Below, in pieces: positions 1 through 12,566 of a stretch of 64,000 nucleotides of DNA. Source of the DNA: Glaucostegus cemiculus (Eukaryota); NCBI GenBank assembly GCA_976551045.1, contig CDPCPM010000107.1, positions 5,642,001 to 5,706,000 of the forward strand, in the 5' to 3' direction. Each line of letters begins with the position of its first letter. Positions within the stretch are counted from its first letter, which is position 1. A program made the position numbers and the translations under genes. The notes beneath the pieces are model-generated. The model did no database searches and had not been told where the DNA came from. It saw only the letters and a program-made list of their open reading frames with translations.

Positions 1-1560
1 ACTTTGTTGGCAAGATGCCTTGTGATCTGTTTTGATTAAATGTACATAGACCAGACATGTGATAGAGTAAGGGGAAGAAGTGGGCTAACTAAGTTTGCAG
101 GCCTTAAGGCAACTGACAAGGGATGTGTAATTTCCACTGAAACCCCAAGGCCTGTATTAAATCTTTTACAGTTTGACCTGAAAGGTGGGTCCCTCTGTCA
201 CTGTTTATTCCCATGGGTATTCCATACCAGGGTATTATTTCCTTCCACAGTATTTTTGCTACTGTTGGAGCATCACCTTTTAACGTAGGATCGGCCTCCA
301 CCCAACAGGTGAACATGTCCACTATTACTAACATATACTTGTATCCTGAGGCTGGGGATACAAATCAATGTACAAAATCAACTTGTAAATTTTCAAAGGG
401 CATTTTAGGCATCAGGAGGTGATCATACTTGACTACCCTTGGTCCCTGATTATTTTTCTGATGAATCAGACAGGATCGAGTAATTTTCTGTATGGTTGGG
501 GTTTCCGTATGCCGAGTGCATACCATTGCTGATCAATTGCATGTTGCACCTCTCCTTTGCCCATGTGTGCCTGTGCATGCTTTATGCGACACGGGGCAAA
601 AACAGGTTTCTTGGACATACTACCTGGCCATCTGGGTGAAACCAAAAACCCTCCTCGTAACGGCATTTTGCTTTTTCCCATGTTCGTTTTTCTCGTGGGC
701 CGGAGTTTTGTTGTGCTGCCTGTAATTCGGAGGGCTCTACCACAGGGATAGGAAGGATAGGAAGGTTACCGGAGGCACAGAAAGTTTGTAGTACTGGTTT
801 CTGTGCGGCTTCCACCCGTTTTGTTCCTGGTCAGCACAGGCATTCCCCTGGGAAATCTCATTTGTTGCGTTCAAGCAAGTTCAATACGGGAATGTTTAAT
901 GGCTTTCCCTGCTGATGTAAGGAAACCCCTGTTTTTCCATATTTGGCTGAAGTCATAAGCGACACTGAAAGTATAGCGAGAGTCTGTATATATATTCAAT
1001 ATATTGGCTGTCTGATCCTTAGCTAGTATACAAGCACGGGTCAGGGCAAAGAGTTCTGCTGCTTGTGCTGAAGTGCCTTGAGGTAGTGCATAGGCTTCCA
1101 CCATCAGGTGTGGGTCCACCACAGCATAGCTGGCAAGTAGTAGGTCGTCTCTCGGCTTATGTGAAGATCCATCAGTAAAGAGGATCAAGTCGGGGTTCGG
1201 TAAAGGGTCTGTTTGCAGATCAGTTCTGGGAGAAGTTGAAAACTGGACGACAGCCACACAGTCATGCTCCTCTTCCTCAGAAAGTTCTGGAACAAAAGTA
1301 ACGGGATTGATTGCAGGTGACTGGCGATAAGTACAATCGGGGCCTCAACTCTCCCCATTCTTTCTGAGCCCCCATTCCATATCCCTGCTTTCTGCCTGCA
1401 TTCTCCACAACCTTTCCTCACTATGGACCTCAGGTTTCCCACTGCATCCTTTCTCATTGCCCCTTCTCTTCTCACCGCTCCCCAGCAGCTGAGGAGCTCC
1501 CCTTTTGGCAGCCTGGCAACCAATGGGGCTGTATCAGGAAATGGAGGGAACATTTATTTT
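1..1560 (-). mobile_element. pol: Decayed class I (gamma/epsilon-like) endogenous retrovirus fragment: connection/RNase H and integrase, internally deleted, possibly continuing past the window edge
   Basis: Minus-strand peptides: NPVTFVP..EEEHDC..PRTDLQTDPLPNPDLILFTDGSS, TSAQAAELFALTRAC, NIYTDSRY, WKNRGFLTSAG (RNase H); HAQAHMGKG (IN zinc-binding); LQVDF, LVIVDMFTCWVEA, IIPWYGIPMGINSDRGTH (IN core). Frameshifts and stops present. The 1345-1560 portion is less certain. Confidence 0.9.
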
Positions 1561-1807
1561 ACTTGGGTCCTGCCGTTCATTTAGGCCTCATGAGCATAAC
1601 ACTGCAGTCTCCTTCCTCAATCCCTCCACCACACACCCCTCCTGTCTCCCTGTAATATCAGGGATTTAATCTGCATTGAAAATATAAAGGTGGCTGAAGT
1701 GGAATACACAGTAAATTGTGCAGTACAATTAACCAGCACCTATTTATCCTGGTTCAGGGTGCACACAGGATACACACTTCTTCCTCATTATTGCTACTTT
1801 AGCATTC

Positions 1808-2356
1808 AGACCACACTTGGAGTATTGTGTTCAATTCTGGTCACCTCATTATAGGAAGGATGTGGAAGCTTTAGAGATGGCACAGAGGAGAATTACCAGG
1901 ATGCTGCCTGGATTAGAGAGCATGTCTCATGAGGATATTTTGAGTGAGCTAGGGCTTTTCTTTTTGGAGCTAAAGAGGATGAGCAGTGACTTGATAGAGG
2001 TGTACAAGATGATAAGAGGCATAGATCAAGTGGGCAGTCAGAGACTTTTTTCCCAGGGTGAAAATGGCTAACACGAGGGGGCATAATTTTAAGATGATTG
2101 GAGGAAGGTATAAGGAGGATGTCAGAGGTAATTTTTTTTACTCACAGAGTGGTGGGTGCGTGGAACATACTGCCAGTAGAGGTTGTGGAGGCAAATACAT
2201 TCGGTACATTTAATAGACTCTTAGATAGCCACATGAATGGTAGAAAAATGGAGGGTTATGTGGGAGGGAGGGTTAGATAGATCTTAGAGCAGGATAAAAT
2301 GTTGGCACAACATCATGGGCTGAAGGGCCTGTACTGTGCTGTAACGTTCTATGTTC
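1808..2356 (+). mobile_element. CR1 LINE, 3' fragment
   Basis: RPHLEYCVQFWSPHYRKDVEALE..QRR.TRMLPGL, FFTHRVVGAWN.LP; CR1 3' UTR ending GTTCTATGTT. Confidence 0.92.
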
Positions 2357-2389
2357 CCCCAAGTCAGTCTCCCAGGCAATAGATGACTT

Positions 2390-3540
2390 GTTCATTCCTT
2401 CTGTTTTCTGCCCATTAACCAATCCTCAATCCACACCAGTGTATGAACTCCTGTTAATAACTGTGGCACCTCACCTGAGGCTTTCTGAAAGTCTAAATAC
2501 ACCACTGCCACTGGATCCTCCTTATTTATTCTGTTTGTTGCAATCTCAAAAACCTGAGATTTGTTAAACACAATTTCCCTGACATAATTCACACCAACTC
2601 TCTTCCCTTCTATTATTATATTCTTAATGCCAGAGATCATTGAGTTAGGTCCCTGTGGTCAGCTTTATTTGGCGTGATAGGAAATTTGCCACTGACTACA
2701 AATTCCAAGTTATTATCTCTTCAGTCAGATCAGCACATCTTGTTCTGTGTAATTGGAGGGAGCAGCATTGAAATATGGACAAATGAATTAGGAATATGAT
2801 AGGCCAGCTCTTCAGTTCTGCTCTGCTACTTAATAAAATCAGACAGATTTGATTGTATCTGTACTCTGCATTCCTGTCAACCCCTTTGCTCATCAGATAT
2901 CTAACTAGCTTGATTTTAAGAATATTCAAAGACTCTGCTTCAACTGCCCTTTACAAAAAGAGTTCCAAAGATACATACCCTAAGAAAGAAGGATTTTTGC
3001 CTCATTGGCGCTTCAAATGGGCGACCTCTTATTTTTTTTAAATTCACGTTTTGAGATTCTCTCACAAGGAAGCCTTCTCTCCACATTTAATCTGCCAAGG
3101 CACCTCACAACCTTTTCTGCTTCAGTCGAGTTCCCCCTCATGCGTCCAAACTCAAGCAGAAAGTTTTCATCTTTCTTCATAAGACAACCCACTCATTCCA
3201 TTTATCAGTCTAATAAACCTTTAAACCACTTCCAATGCATTAACATCCTTGTTTAATTGAGGAGAATACCATACACAGTACTGTAGCTGTGATCTCACCA
3301 ATCCCACAGATAGATTATGAGTTATACAGCACAGAAATGGGCCCTTCTGTGAAACTTGTCCCTGCTGACCAAGATGCCTATCCACATCAATCCAATTTGC
3401 CTGCATTTGGCCCATAATGTTCCAAATCTTTCCTATCCATATACTGTCCAAATATCTTAAACATTGTAATAGTTCCTGCCTCTACCACCACCTCTGGCAG
3501 CTCGTTCTATGTACCCACCACTCTGCGAGAAAAGCTTGCA
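2390..3540 (-). mobile_element. Cluster of old CR1 fragments (RT piece and 3' tails)
   Basis: VVYLDFQKA..VP..WIEDWLMGRKQ (2392-2640); LVRSQLQYCVWYSPQLNKDVNALE (3221-3310); CR1 tail 3316-3540. Confidence 0.75.
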
Positions 3541-4421
3541 TATTAGATTCCCATCTACCCCGCTGATAGTCGAAGCTTAACTGGCCACTTTAACATTAAA
3601 TGAACTTCATTAGCTAATTTACACTTGGATGGCGGTCCATGTTCACCAGAATCCATCTATCAATATGCAGTAGGCTTAACACTGTGCTGGGACATGTTAT
3701 CACGACAAAGCTTCGAGGAAAGAAAAGAAAATGGGCAGGAATCAACACTGGTCAGTAAAAAGGGAAGGCAGAGCACAGCTACTGATCTTCCATAAAACTC
3801 GTAAACTAACTGGCAATTTTACCACACCTTTCCTCATTTAAAAAACTATAGCCTAATGATTTTATCAGCTCCAAATTCAATTGATTTAAAGTATTGGCAT
3901 CCACAATACCAAATTCTGACATCCCCGCATCAATAGGTTTTCAACAGAGGAGGAAAGGAATTGAAGTGAGTAATACAAGTAATCTGTCAGCGAATTCCTT
4001 ACACCATATATCATCTTAATTTCTGAATACTGAGACAATTTTAACAATTCTTTTTCGGTATACTGTCTTTCGAATTAAATCTGTGCTGCATTAGCAGGCA
4101 TTTTTAAACCCATTTTGGTTTATGAAACAAATTGGTTTGTGATTGTTCAAGCAATTCTCCGTGGATCATCACCTGTAAGAGACAAGCAGTTTGCTGAAAA
4201 AGCTTCTTTTGAGAATAGACATTTATTTATATGCAATAATAATATTCAGAGACCTTCCTCCAGTGCAATGACCCGAGGAACCAGATCCATACCCTGAAAT
4301 TACTCCAGGCCTTTGTAATAATGTTACACTTTACCCTGACAGACATTGTTTATATTTTCAAGTTCAAGTTGAAGTTTATTGTTATAGGCAGGCATACCCA
4401 GGGTATAAATGCCATGAAGAT

Positions 4422-5828
4422 TGCCTCAATGACTGCTGGCCAGTGACTCTTGACATCCACCATCATGAAGTGTTTTGAGAGGCTGGTCATGGCACACATC
4501 AACTCCAGCCTGACAGACAACCTGGACCCAATGCAATTCGCCTACTGGTGAAACAGGTCTACAGCAGATGCCATCTCCCTGACCCTACACTCAGCTCTGG
4601 AGCACCTGGACAAGAAAGACACTATGTTAGACTACTGTTTATTGACTACAGCTCTGCCTTCAATATGATTATTCCAAGCAAGCTTGTCACCAAACTCCAA
4701 GACCTAGGACTCAGCTCTTCCCTCTGCAACTGGATTCTTGACTTTCTAACAAACAGACCACAATCAGTGAGGATAGGCAGCAATACCTCCGGCACAATTA
4801 TTCTTAACACTGGTGCCCCACAAGGCTGCGTCCTCAGCCCTCTACTGCCTATACACTCATGACTATGTGGCCAGATTCTGCTCCAACTCCATCTGCAAGT
4901 TTGCAGATGATACCACTGTTGTAGGCTGTATCTCCAACAGCAATGAGTCAGAGTACAGAAAGGAGATAGAGAACTTAGTGGAATGGTGTCATGACAACAA
5001 CCTTTCCCTCAATGTCAACAAAACAAAAGAGTTGGTCATTGACTTCAGGAAAGGGGACGGTGTACATGCACCTGTCTACATCAATGGTGCTGAGGTCGAG
5101 AGGGTGGAGACCTTCAAGTTCCTGGGTGTGAACATCACCAACAGCCTGTCCTGGTCTAACCACATAGATGCCACTGCCAAGAAAGCTCAATAGCGCCTCT
5201 AATTCCTTCAGAGGCTGAAGAAATTTGGTATGTCAATTTCAACTCTCACCAGCTTTTACCGATGCACCATAGAAAGCATCCTATCTGGTTGTATCATGGC
5301 TTGGTATGGCAACTGCTCTATCCAGGACCGCAAGAAGCTGCAGAGAGTTGTGGATACAGCCCAGCGCATCACAAACACCAGCTTCCCCTCCTTGGACTCT
5401 GTCTTTACCTCTCGTTGTCTTGGTGTAGCGGCCAGCATAATCAAAGACCCCACTTATCCGGGACATTCTCTCTTCTCTCCTCTTCCATTGGGTAGAAGAT
5501 ACAGGTGCCTGAGGGCACATACCACCAGACTTAAAGACAGCTTCTTCCCCACTGTGATAAGACTATTGAACGGTTCCCTTATACAATGAGGTGGTCTGTG
5601 ACCTCACATTCTACCTTGTGTGACCTTGCTCCTTATTGCACTGCACTTTCTCTGTAGCTGTGACACTCTATTCTGTACTGTTACTGTTTTCACTGTAGTA
5701 TTTCAATGCACTTTGTACTAACTATCTAACTGCACTGTGTAATGAATTAACCTGTATGATCGGTTTGTAAGACAAGCTTTTCTCTGTACCTCAGTACAAG
5801 TGACAATAATAAACCAATACCAATACCA
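4422..5828 (+). mobile_element. Rex1/Babar-type LINE, 5'-truncated RT and 3' UTR
   Basis: [85 protein letters not shown]; tail AATAATAAACCAATACCAATACCAA; few frameshifts/stops. Confidence 0.93.
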
Positions 5829-6313
5829 AGATTAGCTTTTAGCAGCAGCAGCACCATACATTACAATCACGACAAACAAATTAACATAAATTAAACATAA
5901 CTTACATGACCAACTAAACAAAAATAAACACATTAGTGCAAACTGAGGGGAATATAGCCTGAGGTAGAATTTAATGTCATCGTAGACATTTGCAGAAAAT
6001 ACTGAGGTTGTATCATTTGAAGGATCTTCCGAAAAGCATGGAAATCTTTGGAGTTTCATAGAGTAAAAGAAAATCATAGACACCAGTGGTTCATGAGAAA
6101 GTGGTAACCACTGGGTTCAGCAGGGATCTAATCTTCTGGATTAAATGAAAGCAATGGGTTAAAAGGAGCCCAACCCTCCAGCCTCATCCTTCTGTTCCCC
6201 CACCCCATGAATTCCAAGGCTTTATAAAATTACAGTATCTTTCTCTTCTGGATAAAATTTATTTTATTGCTGTCATGATTATCTTGTAACCAAAATTTAT
6301 CTGTCATTATAAT

Positions 6314-7850
6314 TAGAGTCAGGTTTATTATCACTGACTTGCATGTTATGAAATTTGTTGTTTTGCAGCAGCAGTACAGTGCAAAGACATAAAATTACTA
6401 TAAATTACGAAATGAATAAATAGTGCAGAAAAAAAGGAATAATGAAATAGTGTTCATGAGTTCATGGACTGTTCAGAAATCTGATGTCGGGGGGAAGAAG
6501 CTGTTCCTAAATTGTTGAGTGTGGGTAATCAGGCTCCTGTACCTCCTCTATGATGGTAGTAATGAGAAGAGGGCATGTCCCAGATGGTGAGGATCCTTAG
6601 TGATGGATGCCACCTTCTTGAGGCACTGCCTCTTGAAGATATCTTCAATAGTGAGGTGAGTTGTGCCCATGATGGAGCTCGCAGAGTCTACATCCCTCTG
6701 AAGCCTCTTGCAATCCTGTGCATTGGAACCTCCATACCAGGTGGTGATGCAACCAGTCAGAATCCTCTCAACTGTACATCTATAGACATTTTCAAGAGTC
6801 TTTGGTGACATACCAAATCTCAAATTTCTAATGAAGTAAAGCTGCTGGCATGCTTCCTTAGTGATTGCATCAATGCTTTGGGCCTAGAATAGATCCACTG
6901 AGATGCTGACATCCAGTAACTTGAAGTTGCTCACCCATTCCACCACTGACCCCTCAAAGAGGACTGATGTGTGTTCTCCTAACTTTCCCTTCCTGAAGTC
7001 AACAATCATCTCCTTCGTCTTGCTAATGCTGAGTGCGTGGTTATTGTTGCAACACCGCTCAATCAGTTGAAATAACTCACTCCTGTACGCCTCATCATCG
7101 CCATCTGAGATTCTGCCAACAACAGTGGTGTCATATGTGAATTTATAGGTGATGTTTGAACTGTGCTTAGCCACACAGTCATGGGTGTAGAGAGAGCAGA
7201 GTAGTGGGCTAAGCACACATCCTTGAGGTGCGCTTGTGTTAATTGTCAGTGAAATAGAGATGTCTTTATTGATCTGCACTGACTGTGGTTTCCCAATAAG
7301 GAAGCTGAGGATAAATTTGCAAAGGGAGGTACAGAAGCTCAGGTTTTGATGCTTCTTGTTTAATACTAAGAGGATGATGATGTTGAAGGCCAAGATGCAA
7401 TTGATAAACAGTAGCCTGATGTATGCTTTGCTGTTGTCTAGGTGCTCCAAAGCAGAGTGGAAAGCCGGAGAGATTGTGTCCACTGTAGACCTGTTGTGGC
7501 AGGAGGCGAAATGCAGCAGGTCCGGGTCCTTGCTCAGGCAGGAGTTAATTCTGGCCATAATCAACCTCTCACCACAGTAGATATGAATGCTACTGGGCAA
7601 TAGTCATTGAGGCAGCTCACCCTGCTCTTCTTGGGCACTGCTGTGATTGCTGCCCTTTTGAAGCCAGTTGGAACCTCAGACCACAGCAGCGAGAGGCTGA
7701 AGATGTCCTTGAACACTCCAGCCAGTTGGTCGGCACCAGTTTTCAGTATCCGGCCAGGTACACTATCAGGGCCCGACGCCTTGCAAGAGTTCACTCCAAG
7801 ACAGCGATCACAGGGTCGCCAGATGCTGTGGGGATTTGCACAGATGTAGT
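6314..7850 (-). mobile_element. Rex1/Babar-type LINE, 5'-truncated
   Basis: [62 protein letters not shown], plus 3' UTR. Confidence 0.92.
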
Positions 7851-8290
7851 GTATATGTAGTGTAATTAAGACGGATACCAATCACAGCCAGAAAGGATAC
7901 AAACCCATATTAAACTATTGATACACCAGGCCAAGCCACTGGAAATAACATTGAATATTTGGCTGAATAATAAATCAGGACATCAGCTCACTTTGAGCCA
8001 GATTTCAGAGTTTCAGCACATCTCATGGTGTTTGCACTTGGTTAGTTACTGTAAGCCTCTGCACCCTTCAACCCAAAATAATCTTCCCACAGAATGTGAG
8101 TCAATATCAGCACTGTGACAGATACGTGACAGCAATTAATTGAGCTTCTCTTTAACCAATCAAATTGGATGATCAAGAAATAAACAAAAGACTCAAAAAG
8201 GGGGGAAATTAAAGGAGCTGAATTCAAAGTCAAAATAGGTGAAGTATGAAAATTGAAGAGAAGGATAGAAAGTCCAGATTAAAAGAAAAA

Positions 8291-8370
8291 TGTGACGTGC
8301 ACCTGTGTAGGACGGTATCTCGTTCCTATGCATACTGTGTGTGTGACAATAAAAAATGATTCTGATTCTG
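8291..8370 (+). mobile_element. LINE 3' tail (Rex1/Babar-like) with GATTCT repeats; related copy at about 62520-62614
   Basis: Both loci share GCACCTG..AGGACGGTATCTCG.TCCTATGCATACT..GTGACAATAAAA..TGATTCTGATTCTGA. Confidence 0.65.
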
Positions 8371-8894
8371 AAAAGGGACAATGAAAAAATAGGAAAACAA
8401 TCTAAATGTTAAATTCTTTGAGAACAATCTGTACAGATTAGCATGCAAACTAATTAGGAGCAGGAGTAACCATTTGATCCCTCAAACCTGCTCTGGCATT
8501 TAATAAGATCATGGCTGATCTGAATCTGTACAAGAGTAAAAGGTAACCCCTCCCTCATTTGCAACTGCAACCAGAAGAACCCCTCCCCCACCCCACCCTC
8601 ACTATTCAAAATACCTCTCCTCCTCCACCTTACAAACACTTTACTAGCTGGGACAGATCCATTCCTAGAAGTGGCCTCTTTCTATTTTCTATTTGAACTC
8701 CTGATCTTATGTAGGAGCCAGGTATTGATCCCTACCTTCTGTATTAAAATAAGAGTTAAAAGGATTCCAACCCTGCCATTTTTGCCCCCCCCCCTTTCCC
8801 ATGAACCCCAACATTTTATAAAACTGCAGTTATTATTTTGCTTTTGGATAAAATTTGGCATATTGCACTCCCCAAACTACTAGATAAACTAACA

Positions 8895-9005
8895 TTTCTC
8901 TCTTTCTCAGTTCTGATGGTGTCCCAGACCTGAAATGTTGACTGTTTCTCTTTCCACAGATGTTGCCTGACTTGCTGAGCATTTTCTGTTTCAGATTTCC
9001 AGTTT
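8895..9005 (+). mobile_element. Penelope-like pseudo-LTR fragment (decayed hammerhead motif)
   Basis: CAGTTCTGATGG..CCTGAAATGTTGACTG..CAGATGTTGCCTGACTTGCTGAG, homologous to the 36.3-37.2 kb arms. Confidence 0.7.
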
Positions 9006-9564
9006 TTCTTTATTTGAATTTACAGGTAATTCTCAAATAGTCCCTTGCAAAAAGACCTGGTCTGAGATTAAAGACTGAGTTCACATAAACTTCCAGGGAT
9101 AAGTGAGCCAGTTTTAGGTTTGCACACTAATTTTTACAGATTCAGTCAATTTTGAGGACAAGAATGCTGACAACTCTTGGGGGTAACTCAAGTTCAACAT
9201 CTCTGGGGGAACTTGCAAGATGTTTTGCAGAGACGTAGAAAGGAGAACTAAAGAAATGGAACAAGTAAGATTACTTCCAGAATTACAAATGTTGAGATTT
9301 AAGGTTGATTGAAAGAAGTTCTTCAATATCAGATCTGGCTTGGTGTTGCAGCTGCTATTCTGCTAGTTACCAGATAGTGCTGCGATATAATTTGGAGTTT
9401 CTAGTTAACAATTAGCTCACAGGTGCTGATGCATCACTTTCTTGACTTTGTTTATTAGGATTTTTGTGTGGCATTTTCACTAATAGTAGCGAAAACAGGA
9501 AGAATTCCATAATTTGCATTCCTTAACCAACACCAAGTGGTCAAACTACACCATGCCGGCATTG

Positions 9565-9812
9565 ATAATTGGTTTATTACTGTCACATGTACAGAGATAT
9601 AGTGAAAAACTGTGCTTTGCATGTCATCCATACAGATCATTTCAAAACAAATACATCAAGAGAGTGCAAAGGGAAAAGTAATAAGAGAATGCAGAATATT
9701 GTGATACAGTTACAGAGAAAGTGCAGTGCAGGTAAACAATCAGGTACAAGATAGATTGTGAGATCAAGCATTCATCTTTATCGTACAAGAGATCCGTTCA
9801 AAAGTCTTACAA
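9565..9812 (-). mobile_element. Rex1/Babar 3' UTR fragment
   Basis: Reverse-complement similarity to the 3' UTR at 5560-5828. Confidence 0.75.
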
Positions 9813-9849
9813 GAGCAGGATAGAATCAATAGATTTAAAAATCCCAACA

Positions 9850-10310
9850 AATTTACTACATCACGGGCACATCCCTCCCCACTATCAGTAGTATCCATGG
9901 GAGGCGCTGCCTCAAGGCGGCAACATCCATCATCAAAGATCCCCACCATCCGGCCATGCCACCTTTCTGCAGCTACCATCGGGCAGTCTGGGTCCCACAC
10001 CACCAGGTTCAAGAACGGCTTCTTCCCTTCAACCATTTGGTTCTTGAACCAACCAGCAAAACCCCTATCACCACTACAGTTTAGCAACATTATAACTTTG
10101 ATCATTTTGCACTGAAATGGTCTCTCTTTTTTGGTTCTAATTGTGTTTTTTTCTTGTAAAAGTTGTGTACAATCTATGTTTATTTTATGTTTTTCTTGTG
10201 AATGCCGCTTATCTGATGCTATGTGCCTGTGACGCTGCCACAATTAAGTTTTTCATTGCACCTGTACACACACGTACTTGTGCATATGACAATAAACTCA
10301 ACTTTGACCT
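9850..10310 (+). mobile_element. Rex1/Babar 3' end
   Basis: SHTTRFKNGFFPSTIWFLN; tail GACAATAAACTCAACTTTGAC. Confidence 0.8.
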
Positions 10311-11359
10311 TACCATCCTTTATGAAAAGGAATATGTCACCATTACTGCTTCAGTCTGACCGTGTTTCCTATCCCATTTTATGTGATTGACTTTCCATTT
10401 CCTAATCGAGCCATCTACCGGTTGCAAGAGTAGTTACTGCAGAAGAAGGGCTGGGCAATAAATAAACTGTTGTTAATGTCATCCACACCTCCCGGCCAAG
10501 TCCTGATCCAATATTGGAAGTACTCTCCATATCTGAACCCATGAAAGGTTCCACAGTCAAATGTACTTCAACATCATAGAGATGTTGGCATCGTCAGATT
10601 AACAGTTAAATCTGCACTAATGAAATTTATGGCAAATGCACAGGTTGGCATGGAAACATCATTTGAAAGCATGCCTGGCAGTGTATATGCATGCCAACAC
10701 GTGCATGCATGACTGTGTAAATGCAGCAATGATCAAACTACCTAAATACAAGCTACCATGCTTCCTTGGCCATTGCCCCGGCATCATTCAACATCTTTGT
10801 AAAACATTAGAAAGTTCAATTATAATAAAGGCTTTAAAGGCATTTTGGAAATCTTGGCAAAATTAATCTTGTGTCATTAAGTTGTGCTAGCCTCAGGAAC
10901 ATAACAGAGAAAATAAAAGCCCAACTCAGGTTCAGAATGTGTGGACAGGAAGAAATAATTTTAACACAGAAGTGGTTATATTCTGATCTTTCAGAATTAA
11001 AGAATTCAAAAGTTTCAAAAATAATATATCTGGCCTAGAAATTCAGATGTTTGAAAATATTTCTCTTCTCCCGGACTGGATAAAAGCTGCAACTGTTTCT
11101 GTTCCTCAATCATGGCCCCATTTTTACACACAACCCAATTGCCCAATAAGTTATGATATCCACCACCATTTCTACCATCCCCCTCTACCCACAGACCCTG
11201 GCCATTTATGTCTGGCCCATACCCATCACTCACTCAAGACCCCCAGTCACCGGCCCTCTTTCCTTCCCAATCCCACAAAGCCTGCCTTAGTTCTAGATAG
11301 CATATTTTCATTTTGCATACTCCATACTATCCAATAATATTTGCTACTATAAAGAGATA

Positions 11360-11440
11360 ATAGCTTTGAATCTTAGTCAAAGGCATTGGTTTTAAGGAGT
11401 GACTTAAAAGGAGAAAAGGATGGTAGAGTCAGGGAGGAAA
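11360..11440 (-). mobile_element. L2-type LINE 3' fragment
   Basis: SFSPFKSLLKTNAFD resembles the L2 ORF2 end motif FKxLLKTxLF. Confidence 0.5.
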
Positions 11441-12550
11441 ATCTAGATGTCAGCCAGTTTGTTTTACTTGAAACCTTGAACTTGCAGTGTTGCTGAAGAT
11501 TGCAGTGGTGTGTCTGTGACCAAAGCAGTTGTTGGTGCACTGTATAATGGCCCAATAGCATATCCTTTAGGGCATGAACACAGTTGGAAAGTGGAATATG
11601 TTCAGTTTCATGGCAACAAAGGATGAGAATTTTCTCTCTTTTTCACCATTGTTTGAGCAGAAAATATTGGAAACACTCACCTGGATCTGCGACTGCGGAT
11701 CTGCGGAATGAGAAACAGAGTTAACTTTTCACGTTGAAGACCATTCCTGAGAAGTACCTCATCCAAAATACTGTAAAATCAGTATGTTGCATTCCCCTTC
11801 TTTTACCATAGAATTTCAGCCTGAATAGAGCTGATCTGAAGCTAATCTTTGTTCAGTGTTGATACATATTAAACCACAACAGCACGAGAAATCTGTAACG
11901 AAGTACCACTGACTAAAATGGGAATTTTAATTATTTACTTAGTTAGAGTTATTAACTTATTTCGAATGCTCTACTTCAGAGAATTCAGAGATACCTCTCT
12001 TAATAACATTCCTTTCTCTAAAGGGGTAAAAAAAATACAGCTTTAAACTAGGGTCTAATTGTGTCAAGAGCATTTCTTAATAATACATCATGCAAGCTGT
12101 CTTTTGAAAGTCATTCAAGATTTGAAGTGTATTGTACTACTTTTATTCCTTTTGTGTTCAGCATCTCAGATGCCACTTTTATTGACGTCTGAAGATTACT
12201 TCAGAAAGTTCCTAAAAGGTGAAGCGTCCTTGAGAGAGTAGACACGCGCATTTCACTTTTCACCAATCACTGACAAAAAAAGCAGACAATATGAAGCTCA
12301 ATATTGAAATATGGTCAAAAGTGAAGCTGATTTTTTAATGTTTTTATTTGCAGGATACACCAGAGAAAATCAAAGCACAGTTCTGTGCTGTTGTATACAC
12401 ATTTGATCGAGGAGATGCTTGAAGATCACCAGTGAAGATATTACCCATCATCGGCACAAACCATGTGCTGCTACCCTCACTTTTCCATCCCCTGAATGAA
12501 TAAACAGAGTGTTTTAGGCACAACAGGGTCAATTGTTGCAGATTTAACAA

Positions 12551-12566
12551 CAGCGCCCTCTGGGGG
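12551..12566 (-). promoter_or_regulatory. CTCF core motif
   Basis: CCCCCAGAGGGCGCTG matches 13 of 14 positions of CCASYAGRKGGCRS, retains its CpG and lies in non-repeat sequence. Confidence 0.65.

Noticed and set aside
5950-6140. Minus-strand ORF/exon between the two Rex elements
   Set aside because: All frames after the best acceptor hit stops; no recognisable peptide.
6884-7600. 238-aa ORF as a host gene
   Set aside because: It is decayed Rex1/Babar reverse transcriptase; the catalytic motif reads FTYD instead of FADD.
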